64,000 bases of DNA from Chrysomallon squamiferum (lineage: Eukaryota; Animalia; Mollusca). Position 1 is the stretch's first letter. Every line of letters starts with the position of its first letter. Of this stretch, positions 36,564-55,001 are shown in pieces. The notes under the pieces were generated by a model. The model was not told the DNA's origin. It saw only the letters and a program-made list of their open reading frames with translations, and ran no database searches. The stretch covers positions 682,001-746,000 of the forward strand of contig CM022677.1 of assembly GCA_012295275.1 (NCBI GenBank). Direction: 5' to 3'. Made by a program: the position numbers and the translations under genes.

Positions 36564-38096
36564 CATGTCGCATGAATATAGATCATTCACTGAATTTACT
36601 AAATTCACTAAAATTATTTTTAGTTGGGGTAATTCGGGCCTCGGGGCAATTCGGGCCTCCGAGGTATATTATGACTTGCAGTCGCTATACTGCATTTTGA
36701 GGTTTCAAAAGTGATTGTTATTTTTTAGTCCTATAGACATAAGGTTAGTGATAAATTATAACAGGTAAACATATAATCGGTTTTTAAGTTCAGCAGAAGA
36801 AACTTGATTAATATGTGGTAATTAGGCAAGAAATGTGCTTTGTATTTTACTCCACCACTTGCGGCAATAAAATCAAAAGGATGAGGTATGCCGAGGCATT
36901 GACAGAAGAAGAAAGTGTCAAGAGGTATGAAGAAGAGTTGGCAGAGAAGAAGAAGAAGGAGGAAGAAAAGGCAAATAAAGCAAATGTTTTAAAGGCAAAA
37001 TTACATCAAAAACAAATAGAAGATATCAAAGTCAAAACGGCAGTTCAATTTCAATGCTACGGCAGAACCGGTGGATGCAGCCAAAGAAAACGTTGATGAT
37101 TAGTCTGAACTAGAAGACAGAGTTGTAGTAGATACACAAGAAAGATGTGAACTCTGTGGCAGAGTTGATGATGGAATGAATTCTGACGAGTTCATAGGAT
37201 GTGACGGGTGCCCAAATTGGTATTGTCTTGATTCTTGCGCAAATCTTGAAATCCCAGCTGGTGCAGACTTTAAAGATATTGTATTCTTGTGTGATATTTG
37301 TCAAGGAGTTTAGTTTATTGAAGTTTTGAATTTGACTTGTATTATGATTAGGACTAATTATTTTTGTAGTAAACAATAAACAGTATTTGAGGACCAAACT
37401 AGTTAATTGGGTCAGAATTACTATTTTATTTATCATTTTAAGTAGTATTATGCAATCAGTATTGTTGTTTTTGTCGTTAATGTCGTCATTATAAAGAAAG
37501 AAACAATTATCAACAAATAAACAGAGACACAGGCACACACATACACAGTTACACACACACATAGAAAAGAAATAGTTTGGTATACGTGTTTGCCTTAGAG
37601 GATAGTTATATACAGAAAGTTCATATCAGTGAGAGGGTGTTTATGTATATATTCTAAATAATAGACATAATAGATAGATACATTGATTGACATAGATATA
37701 GATAGACATTTTACATTTCATAGGCAAATGAACTTGTAAGAAAATGTTTGTACATGCATTATTATATAATGTCACATTAACCTCGCTTTTCACAACTTTT
37801 CTTTTATTGGTCATTTTAATTATTCAGTTCAGTTTTGGGTTTTTCTATCTGTCTGTGTGTCTGTATGTCTGTCTATGTTTCTCTCTATATATGTCTGTCT
37901 GTCTCATCTATTTGTCTGTCTATCTGTCTATCCACCTACCTATCTACCTCTCAGATTACAGTGATAAGTGCAGGTGTCGCTGTAATTAAAACTTCAGTAA
38001 AAGAAATGATAAACACTGCAGAAAACATTGATAATAAAGCAGCGATGATATTTTATCTCACTGGGAGAGGTTCTGTGTATGCCTAAAATACTGAAG
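30113..38096 (+). repeat. Left arm of a ~8-kb inverted duplication
   Basis: Reverse complement of 42029-49612, with mirrored ORFs such as 33012/46476, 35442/44249 and 37744/42362. The arm also has older direct repeats at its ends (29650-30226 ≈ 37430-38096). Confidence 0.95.
36626..37313 (+). mobile_element. Internally deleted pogo-like DNA transposon remnant with C-terminal PHD finger
   Basis: Subterminal repeats ggggtaattcgggcctc/ggggcaattcgggcctc and a coiled coil AEALTEEESVKRYEEELAEKKKKEEEK. 37146-37313 reads CELCGRVDDGMNSDEFIGCDGCPNWYCLDSCANLEIPAGADFKDIVFLCDICQGV*, with an in-frame stop and frameshift upstream. The mirror copy at ~42730-43040 lacks most of the PHD. Confidence 0.7.
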
Positions 38097-38296
38097 NNNN
38101 NNNNNNNNNNNNNNNNNNNNNNNNNNNNNNNNNNNNNNNNNNNNNNNNNNNNNNNNNNNNNNNNNNNNNNNNNNNNNNNNNNNNNNNNNNNNNNNNNNNN
38201 NNNNNNNNNNNNNNNNNNNNNNNNNNNNNNNNNNNNNNNNNNNNNNNNNNNNNNNNNNNNNNNNNNNNNNNNNNNNNNNNNNNNNNNNNNNNNNNN
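38097..38296. other. Assembly gap (200 N)
   Basis: Exactly 200 N, a fixed-size scaffolding spacer. Confidence 1.
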
Positions 38297-38826
38297 AATC
38301 TTTTAAATTTTATTATTATTATATTATTATTAATATTATTATTATTATTATTATTATAGACATAGATAATTTCATTTTCATTTTCTTTAAAATAAAAATT
38401 ACTGCAAATCTGTTTTAAAAAATACTTGGTTTTAATAGTGCTAAAATTATTTTTTTAATCTGATTAATTTCAGCTATTTTCAAGTATCTTTCAATGTTAA
38501 TACAACAATTTAAAATCGGGACAATAATATAATAATAAATCATTAAAATAATCCAATTAATAATTCTGTTTTTTATCTCTATTTTTATATCATTTTTTTC
38601 TGTGTTTTTGTGAAAGATAACAACAAACAAAACACTTGGAACTTGTATTTATTTTTACATAAACAAGGACACTGTCTTTCACATGCAGCAGTTATTTGAC
38701 AATGAACACATTAACTCTTTCTCACAGATAACATGTATGTACCAACTCATCCTTTCACATTCACATCTGTCTCTCTATGTCTGCATCTATTTCTCCTCTG
38801 GAAACATACAAAACACAAATTTCCTT

Positions 38827-38884
<58 letters not shown>

Positions 38885-40577
38885 TTTCTCTACCAATCCA
38901 ATATTTCTATACAACTTCAACAATTTCTTTATGTACATCTCCCTAACAGTTTATATACTTTCTGTGTATCTCCTATAAAACTAGTTTCAATGTCATATGT
39001 TCATTTTAAAATTAATTATTTTAAATTACTTTTGCAATTAATTTTCTATCATTTATGAAAATAAAAAGGTTAAATAAAAAAAAAAGATAATGTTAAATAA
39101 AAAATAGAGGAAAAGGTGAACATTTTGAAATGAATATAAAAAATACCGATAATTTCACTTAGTTACATTTTATTCTACTAGGAGAAATCTTACAAAGTTA
39201 GTAAGTTACATCATAGAAAACATGCCTGTCCTCCTGAACTGGTGTTTTATGAGATATGAGGATATTTTTAGTTAGCTAGAAGAAATATATCGTTTGTTTC
39301 ATCCGATTAAAATATAACAATAACATCTTTACTATCAAGTACATCTTAATGTTTCTTCTCCGGTTATCAATAAAATCTCACCAGAAACTTTTAAAATATC
39401 AGTCTGAACTGATTTATTTAATTATTTTTGTAAACACAACAAAAACTACAATAATACTAATTAAAATGATAAATAAAATAATAATTAAGAAAGACTACTG
39501 AAACAAGGGAAAAAGAAAAAAGTCAAAAAAGAAATAAAATGATTATTTCAGGCATATATTCATTACACTAGATCATGATATTTTTGACTGAACCTCAGTT
39601 TATTCATAGAGATCTGAAATCTTATTTGTTTATAGAACATAAACTCTGTCCAGTGTCACAAATTATATCTAGAAAAATACATTGTACGTCAAAATTTCGT
39701 GTTTCAGTAATTACTCCAATACGATTTTTATCATGACTCGACACTGATTTTGGAAGAAAAAACTGGCAAAAGGATTTTTTTTAATGAAACACGTGTTATC
39801 CAGACAGTCAGCTACATGTCTGTACAGTCCGACTTGTCTTCACAAAACACTCGCCGTTGTACAGGACGAAAAGTAACACATTTCTTAAAATATACTTAAT
39901 AAATATTAATTACCAGAACACTAATTAAAAGCACAATCTGTGGTGTAATTAATGAAATTCACCTTCATCTTTCTCCACCTCACTGACACCAGCTTAGAAA
40001 AAGTATATTTGTAAAATATACCCAACGCTTTGCCAGGAATTTAAAAATGATACTTTCTTCTATTACTACTTCTGTCAGGAAGAGAAAAAAAAACAACACG
40101 AAAACACCCCACGAAAAAACAGTATTCGATCCTAAACATTACTGGTGTGATTTTACTATTAACACAACATGTTTCACTGAAAAGCTAAGTAGGAGTAATT
40201 TTACACGACGTTATGAAAATAAGAACCGCCATCACTATTTATGTTACTTGTTTTATGTTTGTTAACAGAGGCATAGCGATAATATTATGTATTAAAAACA
40301 TGAATCTGGAAATCTAACTCGCTATATTTCTCAGTTTCTAAATTATTCCAGTAGAATATAAGCCATCTATCAACTCGTCAGCTACTGTTCAAAAAAGGGT
40401 ACATAACTCTCTATTTCCCTGCAGCATTTTATGTTTTATTTTTTTTTCAATTCACAGTTTCAAAGATTTAGTTTTAACTGTAGAAAAATGTGACATTTTA
40501 TACATAATAACTTATAATAAATGTAAGCCATAATTTTTTATTTATTTATTTATTTATTTATTTTATTTTATTATTAA

Positions 40578-40617
<40 letters not shown>

Positions 40618-42028
40618 TTTATTATTTATTATTATTATTCTTCATTGAGCTTCTCAAATAAATGTCTGGCTCATTTTCACCTTTTTATTTTTATGTAAAC
40701 AAAAATATAAATAAATACAAAAATACAACATCACGTTCTGTTTGTCAATAAAGAGGATTGAAAAGTGGATATCTCCAGGTTACTTGTCTGTGTGAAGCTA
40801 TAGCTACGTCATAAAATATACTGACATCCAGACTGGAGCGATGATGTTAACTTTTCAAGTGTTACGGATATTGAGAAGTAAAGAAATCGAATAAAGATTA
40901 AAATTTTCTTTTCTTTACATTACTATTGTTGTTGTCGTTGTCGTTGTTGTTCTTGTTTTATGTGTGTACTGTAGCATTATAGTAAACATTACAGGTGTAA
41001 TTTTACTGCGAAAACACAGTGACCATTCAGAAAAGTAGATTGGGCTTCCAGATTAGCGTGTTTTTATAAACAACAGTAGAATTATATTAGAATATCGAGA
41101 ACGCTTCCATACTAATGCGATTTTTATTAACAGAACTTGTTTCACAGAAGAGCTAAGTAGGAGTCATTTTACACGGCGTTATGAAAATAAGTCATCAGTA
41201 TTTTATGTTTTTAACAGAGGCGTAGCGGTAATATTATATATTGAAAACACAGTGTATTGATAAATAGAGGTATTATTGTTTTTAATTAACAATATTAGAT
41301 AATTTTATTTTGCATAATAAATAAATAAATAAATAAATAAATAAGTAAGCTTAATTTTTCATTAACAGGTATAACGTATCTAACAAGTTCAATAATGAAT
41401 CAACGTTTAATAATGCGAATAATTCTTTTTTTTAATTTTTTTTATTAAGATATAGAATTGCAGTTGAGAGGTGAGAGGCTAGATTAAGATGAATTAACTT
41501 CACCATGTTATTGATATTTGCAAGTGCATCTTTCTTAAATACTAGAAAAGTTTAGAATATAGAGAAACATTAATAGACGTTTTTATTATTAAAAGTAAAG
41601 TGAAAAGGCGAGGATGCGCGAGATGAATCTTGTTTATTATAACACAAGTTCTGTAAATATACTGCGCTGTTACAGATTAATTCTTAATTAACTGTAGAAA
41701 GTGAAATTCTATTATCTCCCCTAAAAATTAAATTGAAAATTAGACAATTAATATTCAACTAGATATAATCTAGAGAGCTATATGTAAATGTAAAATATTA
41801 CGGTTCTTTCGCTGAATTTATATGTATTAGTATAAACAGGTCTGGTTGAAGCAAATAAACTGTAAATATTGTCGTTCAGTTCCATTATATATGGTAAACA
41901 GCGTTCATCATAATAACAACAACATTTTTTTTTCATTACTGCAATACAAAGGAAATTTCAGTTGCCGTTTACAGGGACAAATAAATACATAAATACATTT
42001 ATTAATGTTAATATTAATATTTAAGATC

Positions 42029-43722
42029 CTTCAGTATTTTAGGCATACACAGAACCTCTCCCAGTGAGATAAAATATCATCGCTGCTTTATTATCAATGT
42101 TTTCTGCAGTGTTTATCATTTCTTTTACTGAGGTTTTAATTACAGCGACACCTGCACTTATCACTGTAATCTGAAAGTTAGATAGGTAGGTGGATAGATA
42201 GATAGATAGACAGACAAATAGATGGAGAGTGAGACACACATACAGACACACAGACAGATAGAAAAACCCAAAACTGAACTGAATAATTAAAATGACGAAT
42301 AAAAGAAAAGTTGTGAAAAGCGAGGTTAATGTGATATTATATAATAATGCATGTACAAACATTTTCTTACAAGTTCATTTGCCTATGAAATGTAAAATGT
42401 CTATCTATCTCTATGTCTATCAATGTATCTATCTGTCTGTTATTTAACTATATACATAAACACCCTCTCACTGATATGAAATCCTGTATATAACTATCCT
42501 CTAAGGCAAACACGTATACCAAACTATTTCTTTTCTATGTGTGTGCTGTGTCTGTGTGTGTGTGTCTATCTCTCTATCTGTTTATTTGTTGATAATTGTT
42601 TCTTTCTTTATAATGACTGTATACTGACATAACGATATTAACGATAAAAACAACAACACTAATTGCAATAATACTAATTAAAATCATTAGTCCTAATCAT
42701 AATACAAGTCAAATTGAAAACTTCAATAAACTAAACTCCTTGACAAACATCACACAAGAATACAATGCCTCGGCATACCTCATCCTTTTGATTTTATTGC
42801 CCCAAGTGGTGGAGTAAAATACAAAGCATATTTCTTGCCTAATTACCACATATTAATCAAGTTTCTTCTGCTGAACTTAAAAACCGATTATATGTTTACC
42901 TGTTATAATTTATCACTAACCTTATGTCTATAGGACTAAAAAATAACAATCACTTTTGAAACCTCAAAATGCAGTATAGCGACTGCAAGTCATAATATAC
43001 CTCGGAGGCCCGAATTGCCCCGAGGCCCGAATTACCCCAACTAAAAATAATTTTAGTGAATTTAGTAAATTCAGTGAATGATCTATATTCATGCGACATG
43101 AATTTTTTTTTTTTTTTTTTTTTTTTATTCTTTTTTTTTTAAATTTTACCCAGCACTCAGTCTTTTTTGTTATTTACCAACGTGCGTGTTAAATAGAGTT
43201 ATTTCTCTTAGACCACGAACTTCTGAAATAGATTACTCCTCGCATATGCAAGGTCACGGTAAATTAGATTTGTTGCTTTTAGATGAAAATAACCAATTCT
43301 GTATAATGTTTTGTAGCAGACACAACCAGCTTATTCACATTCTCTGCGTTTTCTTTGTGTTTTAACAAACCAGTTTCCAGTATTTTTGGTTTATTTAACG
43401 TGATATTATGATTTGATGAATTATTGTAAAATTGCTATTTCGTTTAATGTTTTTCATTTAATTTTTTTAATTTATTTTATTTATTTATTTCATTTATTTT
43501 AGTTGAAAAAGTAGTTAGGAAAGGCGCCTGTGATCACGGTTTTGTAATATGAACAACCATCTTTATCAGCGTAAATCATAAAAAGTTCAGAAAGTAGTCG
43601 TAAAATAATATATTTGGAAATTTTAAAACTTCCGTGACCTCACGGAAATTTCCGATCGAAATCCAAGATGGCAGCACGTGTATAGGAATGATAATTTATT
43701 TGTATGTTCAGAAGATGATTAG

Positions 43723-43771
<49 letters not shown>

Positions 43772-43785
43772 GATAAGTAACTACA

Positions 43786-43842
<57 letters not shown>

Positions 43843-46800
43843 GGGTGGATAGATGGTAGAAGATAACAGACAGGTAAATTGATAGACAGAAGAAAGGTAG
43901 ATAGATTACTAGAAAGATAGATAGATGCAAGGAGACATGAGTATATACCTGCACATCTATAATGAACGACTCTGTTGCTTATGTATATGGCATAAATAGA
44001 TAGATAAATAAATATATTTATAGATAGATAACTAGATAGAAAAAGTGTATTTAAATACTTAAAAAGGATGTAAATAGAGTGTATACGTATGTATGTGTGT
44101 GTGTGTGTATTTGTGTGTGCGTATTTGTTTGTGTGAGTGCAAGATAGACTGTGGCTATGTATAACTGAGAAGGTGAGATAGATTGATATAGAGATAGACA
44201 TCGCTTCAAAGATAGATTGATATATTTGGTAGACAATAATTAGGTACATATATAGATCGATATATATAGTAACAGATAAACTGATGTGTATGTGTGTGTG
44301 TATAAATATATGTGTTAGAGAGAATGGGTATATAAATGTGTGTCAAAGATAGTGTGCTTTTTTGTGGATTTTTTGTGAGAGTCAGCTGACTGATAGAGAG
44401 ATTAAATATAAATAAATATATGAGTGAATATATTTATGTGTATATATATATATGTGTGTGTTAGAGAGGGTAGATATAGATGTATGGATGGACACACACA
44501 CAAACACATACACAGTATAAATTACATAAATACATACATACATAAATACATACATAGGTTTATAATCATGAGTATTTGTATTTATGTTAGAGGACTGGTA
44601 TATAACTGAATGTGTGAATAAGATTATATTTATATGTTAGATTATTTTATGGATAGCTAGACTGAGAGAGACTGATATGTAGGTGTGGTTGTATGTGTTT
44701 GTGTGTTACAGAGAGAGAACAACTATTAAACAGAGAAGTATGCCATATGTGTATGATTTTTCAGAGAATGACAGATAATTATATAAATAAAAATAGATAT
44801 AGACAGACAGACAGACAGAGGATAGTAATGAATAAATGATTAGCTAGACAGGTAATGGGCACATGTATATGAGTAAAAAAATCATATGATTTCTTCATTA
44901 AAGTCTGTTTCTATGTTAGAAAGAGGTGAGCAGGTGCGAGATTAAGCTACACCACAGGTTGACCAATAAAGAGACAGACAGATAGACAAATAGCCAGAGA
45001 AATTGATAATAAAATAAAACAAATATATAGATAGACAGATAGATAGATAGAAACATGCAGGTAAGTAAGGATGGATGGAGTGTTAGATGGAGGGATGGAT
45101 GAACGTTTTGGTGCAAAGAAGAATTGGGAAAACAATAAAAGGATAAAAAAAGGGAATTATGGACATAAAGGTTTTTGGTTATATAAGCAATTACTTTTCA
45201 GATATTATCACATTGTTAACAAATAAGGTAATCATTGTAGGTCCATGGATTGAGTGATATAACAATGGAATTTGGCTTAATCTATAAACTGGGTGATGAG
45301 GAATATGTGGAGTTAGAGGGAGGTATGACTGGAAGTACCAATAAATTGTTAATGAGGGATAGTCATCATCTGCTGATTAGAAGGTGAATATGATAAGATA
45401 AGAAGTGTCTATAATATTTTCTGTTAAGTAGCACATTAAACACACAACCTATATTACTTAATTATACTTAAACATCTGGTAAAATAAAATAATCCATCTA
45501 ATTAGAGTAATCTGGAGAGTGACACAGAGAGTAAGAAAACTAGAGTGAAATATTTATACGTTATAACTTAAGTACATACACTTCTGTCTCTACTCTGTTG
45601 GTCTGTTTGTCTATCTGTATATAGAAAGGTCTTTCAAAGTAATGACACTGAAAAAAGTAGCAATATCCTATAAAATATACAGAGCGGCTAACCACACGAG
45701 ATTTCTGTCTTCTCAGATGAATAAAATCTGATATCATTTCTGAAATGAGTTTGCACCTTTCAAAATAATAAATAAATAGTACAAATTAAAATTCATAAAC
45801 TATACTTAATTATGTAATAATGTAGATTTTAAAAACAAAATCTGTGCTCAACCTTATTACATGAAAGAGAAAACAACACCACCTTTTAATTTAGTAAATT
45901 ATTAAACTTTATTTTTTTTTAAATATGTATCGTACATGGGTTGAATATATATATATGTATGTATTCTAAAACATTTCTGAATTATTGTTACTGTTATGTA
46001 AATATAATGTTCATAAATGCAACATTGAGAGGAAAAAACTTCTTTCATTTTCTGTCACCACCACTGATCAAGATATAAATCACTGGCATGTTTTACATGT
46101 TTTTGTTGTTTCGTGTTTCAAACGTTTTGTCAACTTTTCTGTTCATCAGTTGTTTTTGCCAGTTCAAGCTTTGAGCTGCTTTGAGCTTCAAGTCAGCTCC
46201 AGGTCGTGCTTTTCACGTGGCCCGCTACAGACGGGAAGAGGGTGGAGCCCATGGACGTCGGTGTCCTTGCATTGGACGTGAACGATCGGGAGAACCAAAG
46301 AAATCCACCTGTACAAGAAGAAAAGAAAAACATTTATTTATTATATAATGTTATCTTTACTTCATTCGCAGTACAGCTGTGTCTAATATGAAAGTAGAGA
46401 ATGTTTGCAAAAAATAATAATGTTTCAACATATTTTATTATGATACCTTATACTCAGGATGTATCCATGGGTTGAATGTCTCTGTCGTTGAAGGGGTCCA
46501 CGTCCATGGGCTCTTCCACGCGTAGTCAGAAAAGAAAGAAAATAAATAATGTTAAAACACGTTTTATAAACCAGTATCTAAATAATTTTAGACTTGGTGA
46601 AAAGTTGTCTGTGAATGAGATTTATGTTTCCGCCATGATTTTTTTTTGTTTTTTGTTTTTTTTATTTTATTTTTTATTATTTAATTCTTGTTTTATTTAG
46701 TATTCTGTAGCAAAAAAATGTTCTGACAAGAGTATGTTACCAACGTAAGTAACCAAAATAAACATAGTTTTCAATTAAATAGCTGATCTAACATTAATAT

Positions 46801-49458
46801 AGCATAATCTAATTTGAAGAAAACACCACGTCCAATTTAAACTAAAATATGTTAATAATATAAACATTAAACTCACATCAATGTAGATGAAATATTTGTA
46901 GATGAAATTCAGTATATAAAGCGAAAAAACCAAACAAACATTATTTTAAGGATATAAAATAGAATTATCCCCTGATGATACATATTAATTTGTAAGTAGA
47001 AAGTTTTTAATTATTTAAATGTTATTATAATTTATTCCTTATCTGTTAGTCGTAAAAATAATTTAAAAAAATTCTGGAAGATTTCTAGTTATTTTAGGCA
47101 TCCCTACACCGCAAAATATTTGAAATAGAAATAATTCTTGATATTCAAACGAATATAAAACAAAGGTACTAGTGTTTGATCCTAGAGGTCCCATAATAGT
47201 TTTTATATGAAGTAATACATTTCAGTTGTGTTTGTATATTTATAAAAATGTTGTCCTCTATCTTAATTATTACTTTTAACTTAAATAATTTTTAAAATAT
47301 CTTTTGAAATGTTTTCATTTTTTAGTTTCTGAAGAAACATAGTAATCCAAGGTAACTAAAAATGTGTTTCTCAGCTGAAATGTAAATAACTGTCTTAATA
47401 ATAATAATAATAAATAAGTAAATGAGTATTGAAAAGACTCTTGTATTTAGCATTAATACGAATACCGACTGTTATGTGAGGTGCTAATATAACAGATTAT
47501 ATAACTGCTAATATAACAGAACAACAATGTCTGGAGGAACCTGCACATGTAGTCATGGCGCCACCTTGTATAGTTGAGATCTTTAGAATATAAAGAGGAA
47601 AATCCCTGGGACCGGTCCTGGGTGTGATCGCTAAGATATACGGAGCGGCTAACCACACCAGATTTCTGTCTTCTCAGAATAAATAAAATCTGATATCATT
47701 TCTGAAATGAGTTTGAACACTTCAAAATAATAAATAAATAGTACAAATTAAAATTTATAAACTATACTTAATTATGTAATAATGTAGATTTTAAAAACAA
47801 AATCTGTGCTCAACCTGACTGCATGAAAGAGAAAAACAACAACACTTTTTAATTTAGAATATGTATATGTATGTATGTATGTATTCTAAAACATTTCTGA
47901 ATTATTGTTACTGTTTTTCAACATTAAGAGGAAAAAGCTTCTTTAATTTGCTGTCACCACCACTGATCAAGATATAAATGACTGGCATGATTTACATATT
48001 TATGATGTTTCGTGTTTGAAACGTTTTGTTACACTCCTTTATTCTTTTTAAATAAAAGCATTCGAAACACTATCTGTAATAGATTGTTGTTGTTATTTTT
48101 ATGTAAAAATAAACATATTTTGACAAGGGTATATTAACAATATAAGAAACAGGAATCATAGCATTAGAGGTTAGAAAGTAATGCATACACACAGTTTGCA
48201 GTTATCGTTGATTATCTAAAAATAATCTAGCACAACCTCACTGTGAATAAAACAATATGTCCAGTTTGGACTTAAATATGTTAATAATATAAAAATTAAA
48301 CCTACACAAATGTAACCTTCATCACTTGCAGATGCAATTCAATATACAAAGTAAAAAAGTAGTAAAGTAGAGTCAGAACTAACTCGAATACGCTAATCTT
48401 CAATATCGCCAACTGTATCTATGTAAACAAAGCACTGATGACGTCATAGACCCGAACGTAAAAACGAAGTTAGCCGAATATTAATATCGATATAAAAATA
48501 AACATTATATAACATCGAGTGTACGCTTAGTATAAATTCTAATTTGTAAGCACGAAATCTTCAGTGATTTAAATCTTATTATAATTTATTTTTTAACTAT
48601 TTTCATCTTTAATTTTTATTTTTTTATTTTCGAAGTAATTCATGTTATTTTATGTATGTCTACCGCAAAGATATGTCTTGCTATTGAAACCGAAACAAAA
48701 CCAAGAACCGAGATGTCCGATTATTGTAATAAATTAATCTAAATTTCAATGATTATATTTACTGATCATCATGTTCACATTCTTCACGTTTATGATGTTT
48801 CGTAAATAACATAGTGTTTTAATAATTATTATCAGCTTTATATTCATCGGGTGTTTTTTATCAGTTTGTGGTTTGAGCTGTCAACTGTCATGTCGTTCTT
48901 GTTGGACCACTACACACGGGAAGACGGTTTTGCCCATGGACACCCATGGAGGTGACCCATCCGTAGGAAGAACAATCTACATCTACAAGAAGAAAGAAAA
49001 TGTTTACTTACTTATAATAACACGCAACTTCAGTACCGCCATCACTATTTATGTTACATGTTTTATGTTGTAAACAGAGGCGCAGCTATAATATTATGTA
49101 TTGAAAACACAGTTTATTGAAAAATACAAGTGTTAAATAAATAATAATTGGTATAACGTACCTAAATAACAAGTTGAATAATGAATCCACTTTTAAAGAT
49201 GCCTATAAAAAAAATTGAATGTCATCCACATTATGAAGATGATGATTTTTATATTATTATTATTATTATTATTTATTATTATTATTATTTGTTAAGATAG
49301 TAGGGTTGCAATTTAGAGGTGAGAGACTAGATTAAAATGAATTAATTTCAGCATATTATTGGCATTTACAAGTGTATCTTTCATAAATACTTGAAACTTT
49401 AATACAGATTCTTATTATTAAAAATAAAGTAAAACACAAATTAATTAACTTACTTAAA

Positions 49459-49490
<32 letters not shown>

Positions 49491-49612
49491 ATAAAGATCC
49501 TTCAGTATTTTCAGAATACACAGAACCTCTCCCAGTGAGATAAAATATCATTGCTGTTTTATTATCAATATTTTCTGCAGTGTTTATAACAAATTTACTG
49601 AAGTTATAATTA
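42029..49612 (-). repeat. Right arm of the inverted duplication
   Basis: Reverse complement of 30113-38096 with scattered SNPs, microsatellite length changes and indels. Confidence 0.95.
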
Positions 49613-51650
49613 TGGACTGGGAAGGCTTCTACAAAGCATGCAGAAACATCACCTCACAGAACTCCAACTCACCAACACGACACACTCCACTGCAATCAGA
49701 TACATACCCAAAACCAGAAAATGCACCGGCAAAATATCCACTCCCTGGTGGACGGAACACATAGAAAAGAAATGCAAAGAGAGAAACAAATACAGAAGAC
49801 AATACAAAAAAGACAGAAATCATTCTACGCACGAAAAATATAAAATATCAAAAAAGAAGTTTCCAACCTAATACTCACAGCGAAACAAGAACACTGGGAA
49901 CTTTTTTGCAACAACATCGACCACAAAACATCAGTCAAAGACATGTGGGCCAAAGTAAAAAACATCCAAGGCAAAAAAACCCACAGAATCAACACTCTCG
50001 GCAAAAACAACATCGCATTCACCGACAAGCAAAAAAGCGGATCTACTCAGCCAAACCTTCGCCAAGTCCAGCAGCAATTCGAACTTCCCACTGAAATTCA
50101 CAAAGAAACCACTGGACAACCAAGCAATCGGCGAACACTCCGCAGACACAGAAAACATGAAATACAATCAACTATTCAACATCAGCGAATTAAAACATGC
50201 ACTCAAAAAATAAAAGTACAGCCACGGGGCCAGATAAAATAAGCTACACAATACTACAAACACCTACCAGACGAAACACACTACTCGTCATACTCGATCT
50301 TTACAACGCAATATGGACCACCGGCAAGATTCCAACAAACTGGAAACACGCCGAGTGTTTCAGCTTGCCCAAACCACACAAAGATCACTCACTACCCAAC
50401 AGCTACAGGCCGATCACGCTGACGTCACAATGTTCAACACACGCCTGGAAACAATGATCAACACACGCCTGAACCAGCATTTAAACGACAACAATTTAAT
50501 CAGCAAATTTCAAAGCGGCTTCAGGAAGAAACACAGCACAAACAACCAGATCACCTGCCTGCAAACATCCATCAACCAATCTTTTAGGAAATCAAAAAAA
50601 TTCATAGCAGTTTTTTTAGACATTGAAAAAGCATTCGACATGGTATGGAGGGAAGGACTGCTCGTTAAATTAATCAACAACAACATCAAAGGCAACATGT
50701 TCAACTTTATCAAAGACTTTATTAACAACAGAACCATAGCAGTCAAAGTAAACGGTCACACCTCAGAGAGAAAACGACAATCGAAAACGGCATCCCCAAA
50801 GGATCCGTGATCTCGCCAACACTCTTCAACATCTACATCAACGACATCGTCACAGCACTCGACAAACAAAACAACGCCAGAAATCCACCAAAGGAACCAA
50901 TAAATACAGCACTCTTTGCAGACGACTGCGCCTTTTGGCGGGCAGGCAGATCGACCGCAGCAATACAGAAACAAATACAAAAAGACTTAAAACAACATAA
51001 ACGACTGGATGTTGAAATGGGGCAAAAATTTCTCTTTCCAAAACAACATGCCTCCTGTTCAACAAGAAATCAAACAACAGCAAGATCACACTCAACATCG
51101 ACAACAACGTCATAACACAAAAGAAAAGACATTCAAAAATTCGAAAGCCAACTTCCAACTTCCGATGCCGTATACACAACATAATTGCATCCTGCAAAAA
51201 ACAATCAATCTTCTAAAGTTAATTTCCGGAACCAGTTGGGGAGCAAACGAGTCAACGCTGATTTTGATACACAAAGCGTGTATTCTCTCCAAGCTCGACT
51301 ACGGAGCCACGGCTTACTCGAATGCTCCCAAACTCTATTTAAAAAAACTCTATTTAAAAAACTAAACACAATCCGATCAAGGAATACTCAGGGTCAATCA
51401 TTAAAATACAAAACTGCAGCTACAAAATACAACCTGAAAATACCATCCGACAGCCTCCTGTCAAGAATACAGCATCCAATCAACAAAGGATAAAATACAG
51501 AAGAAAACATGCTACTGCTATCTAAAACAGCTAACCTGAAAAACAAACACAATACAGAAATGCCACTGCCGGCACCACAAAAGTGATCTGACAGTCCCGG
51601 ATAAAAAGAAAAAATAACAAAACAACAACAACCGTTCAAAATCGAAATTT
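49613..51650 (+). mobile_element. Frameshifted reverse transcriptase fragment of the same LINE family
   Basis: STPWWTEHI, ATGPDKISY, SYRPITLTS, FLDIEKAFD, LFADD. Inverted homolog of 23100-24380 with extra N-terminal sequence; garbled after ~51340. Confidence 0.9.
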
Positions 51651-51659
51651 TGGCAGCAA

Positions 51660-54782
<3,123 letters not shown>

Positions 54783-55001
54783 TCTTCTGTAAAAATTAAA
54801 TGAAATAATATTAGAAGTGTTCTGAGTACAGTGTTCTTTCACATTCCAAAATAGGAGGCAACGGTGTCTCGGCCAGAAAGTGAATCTGCTGGGAGTTTTC
54901 CTTTGACTATCTCAAGATGCTTCTGCAGTTTTGCCTATATCAGTCACCGTCCTTCCTTTGATGGGGGACTCCATCAATACAACATTCTTTACAGAAAATT
55001 T

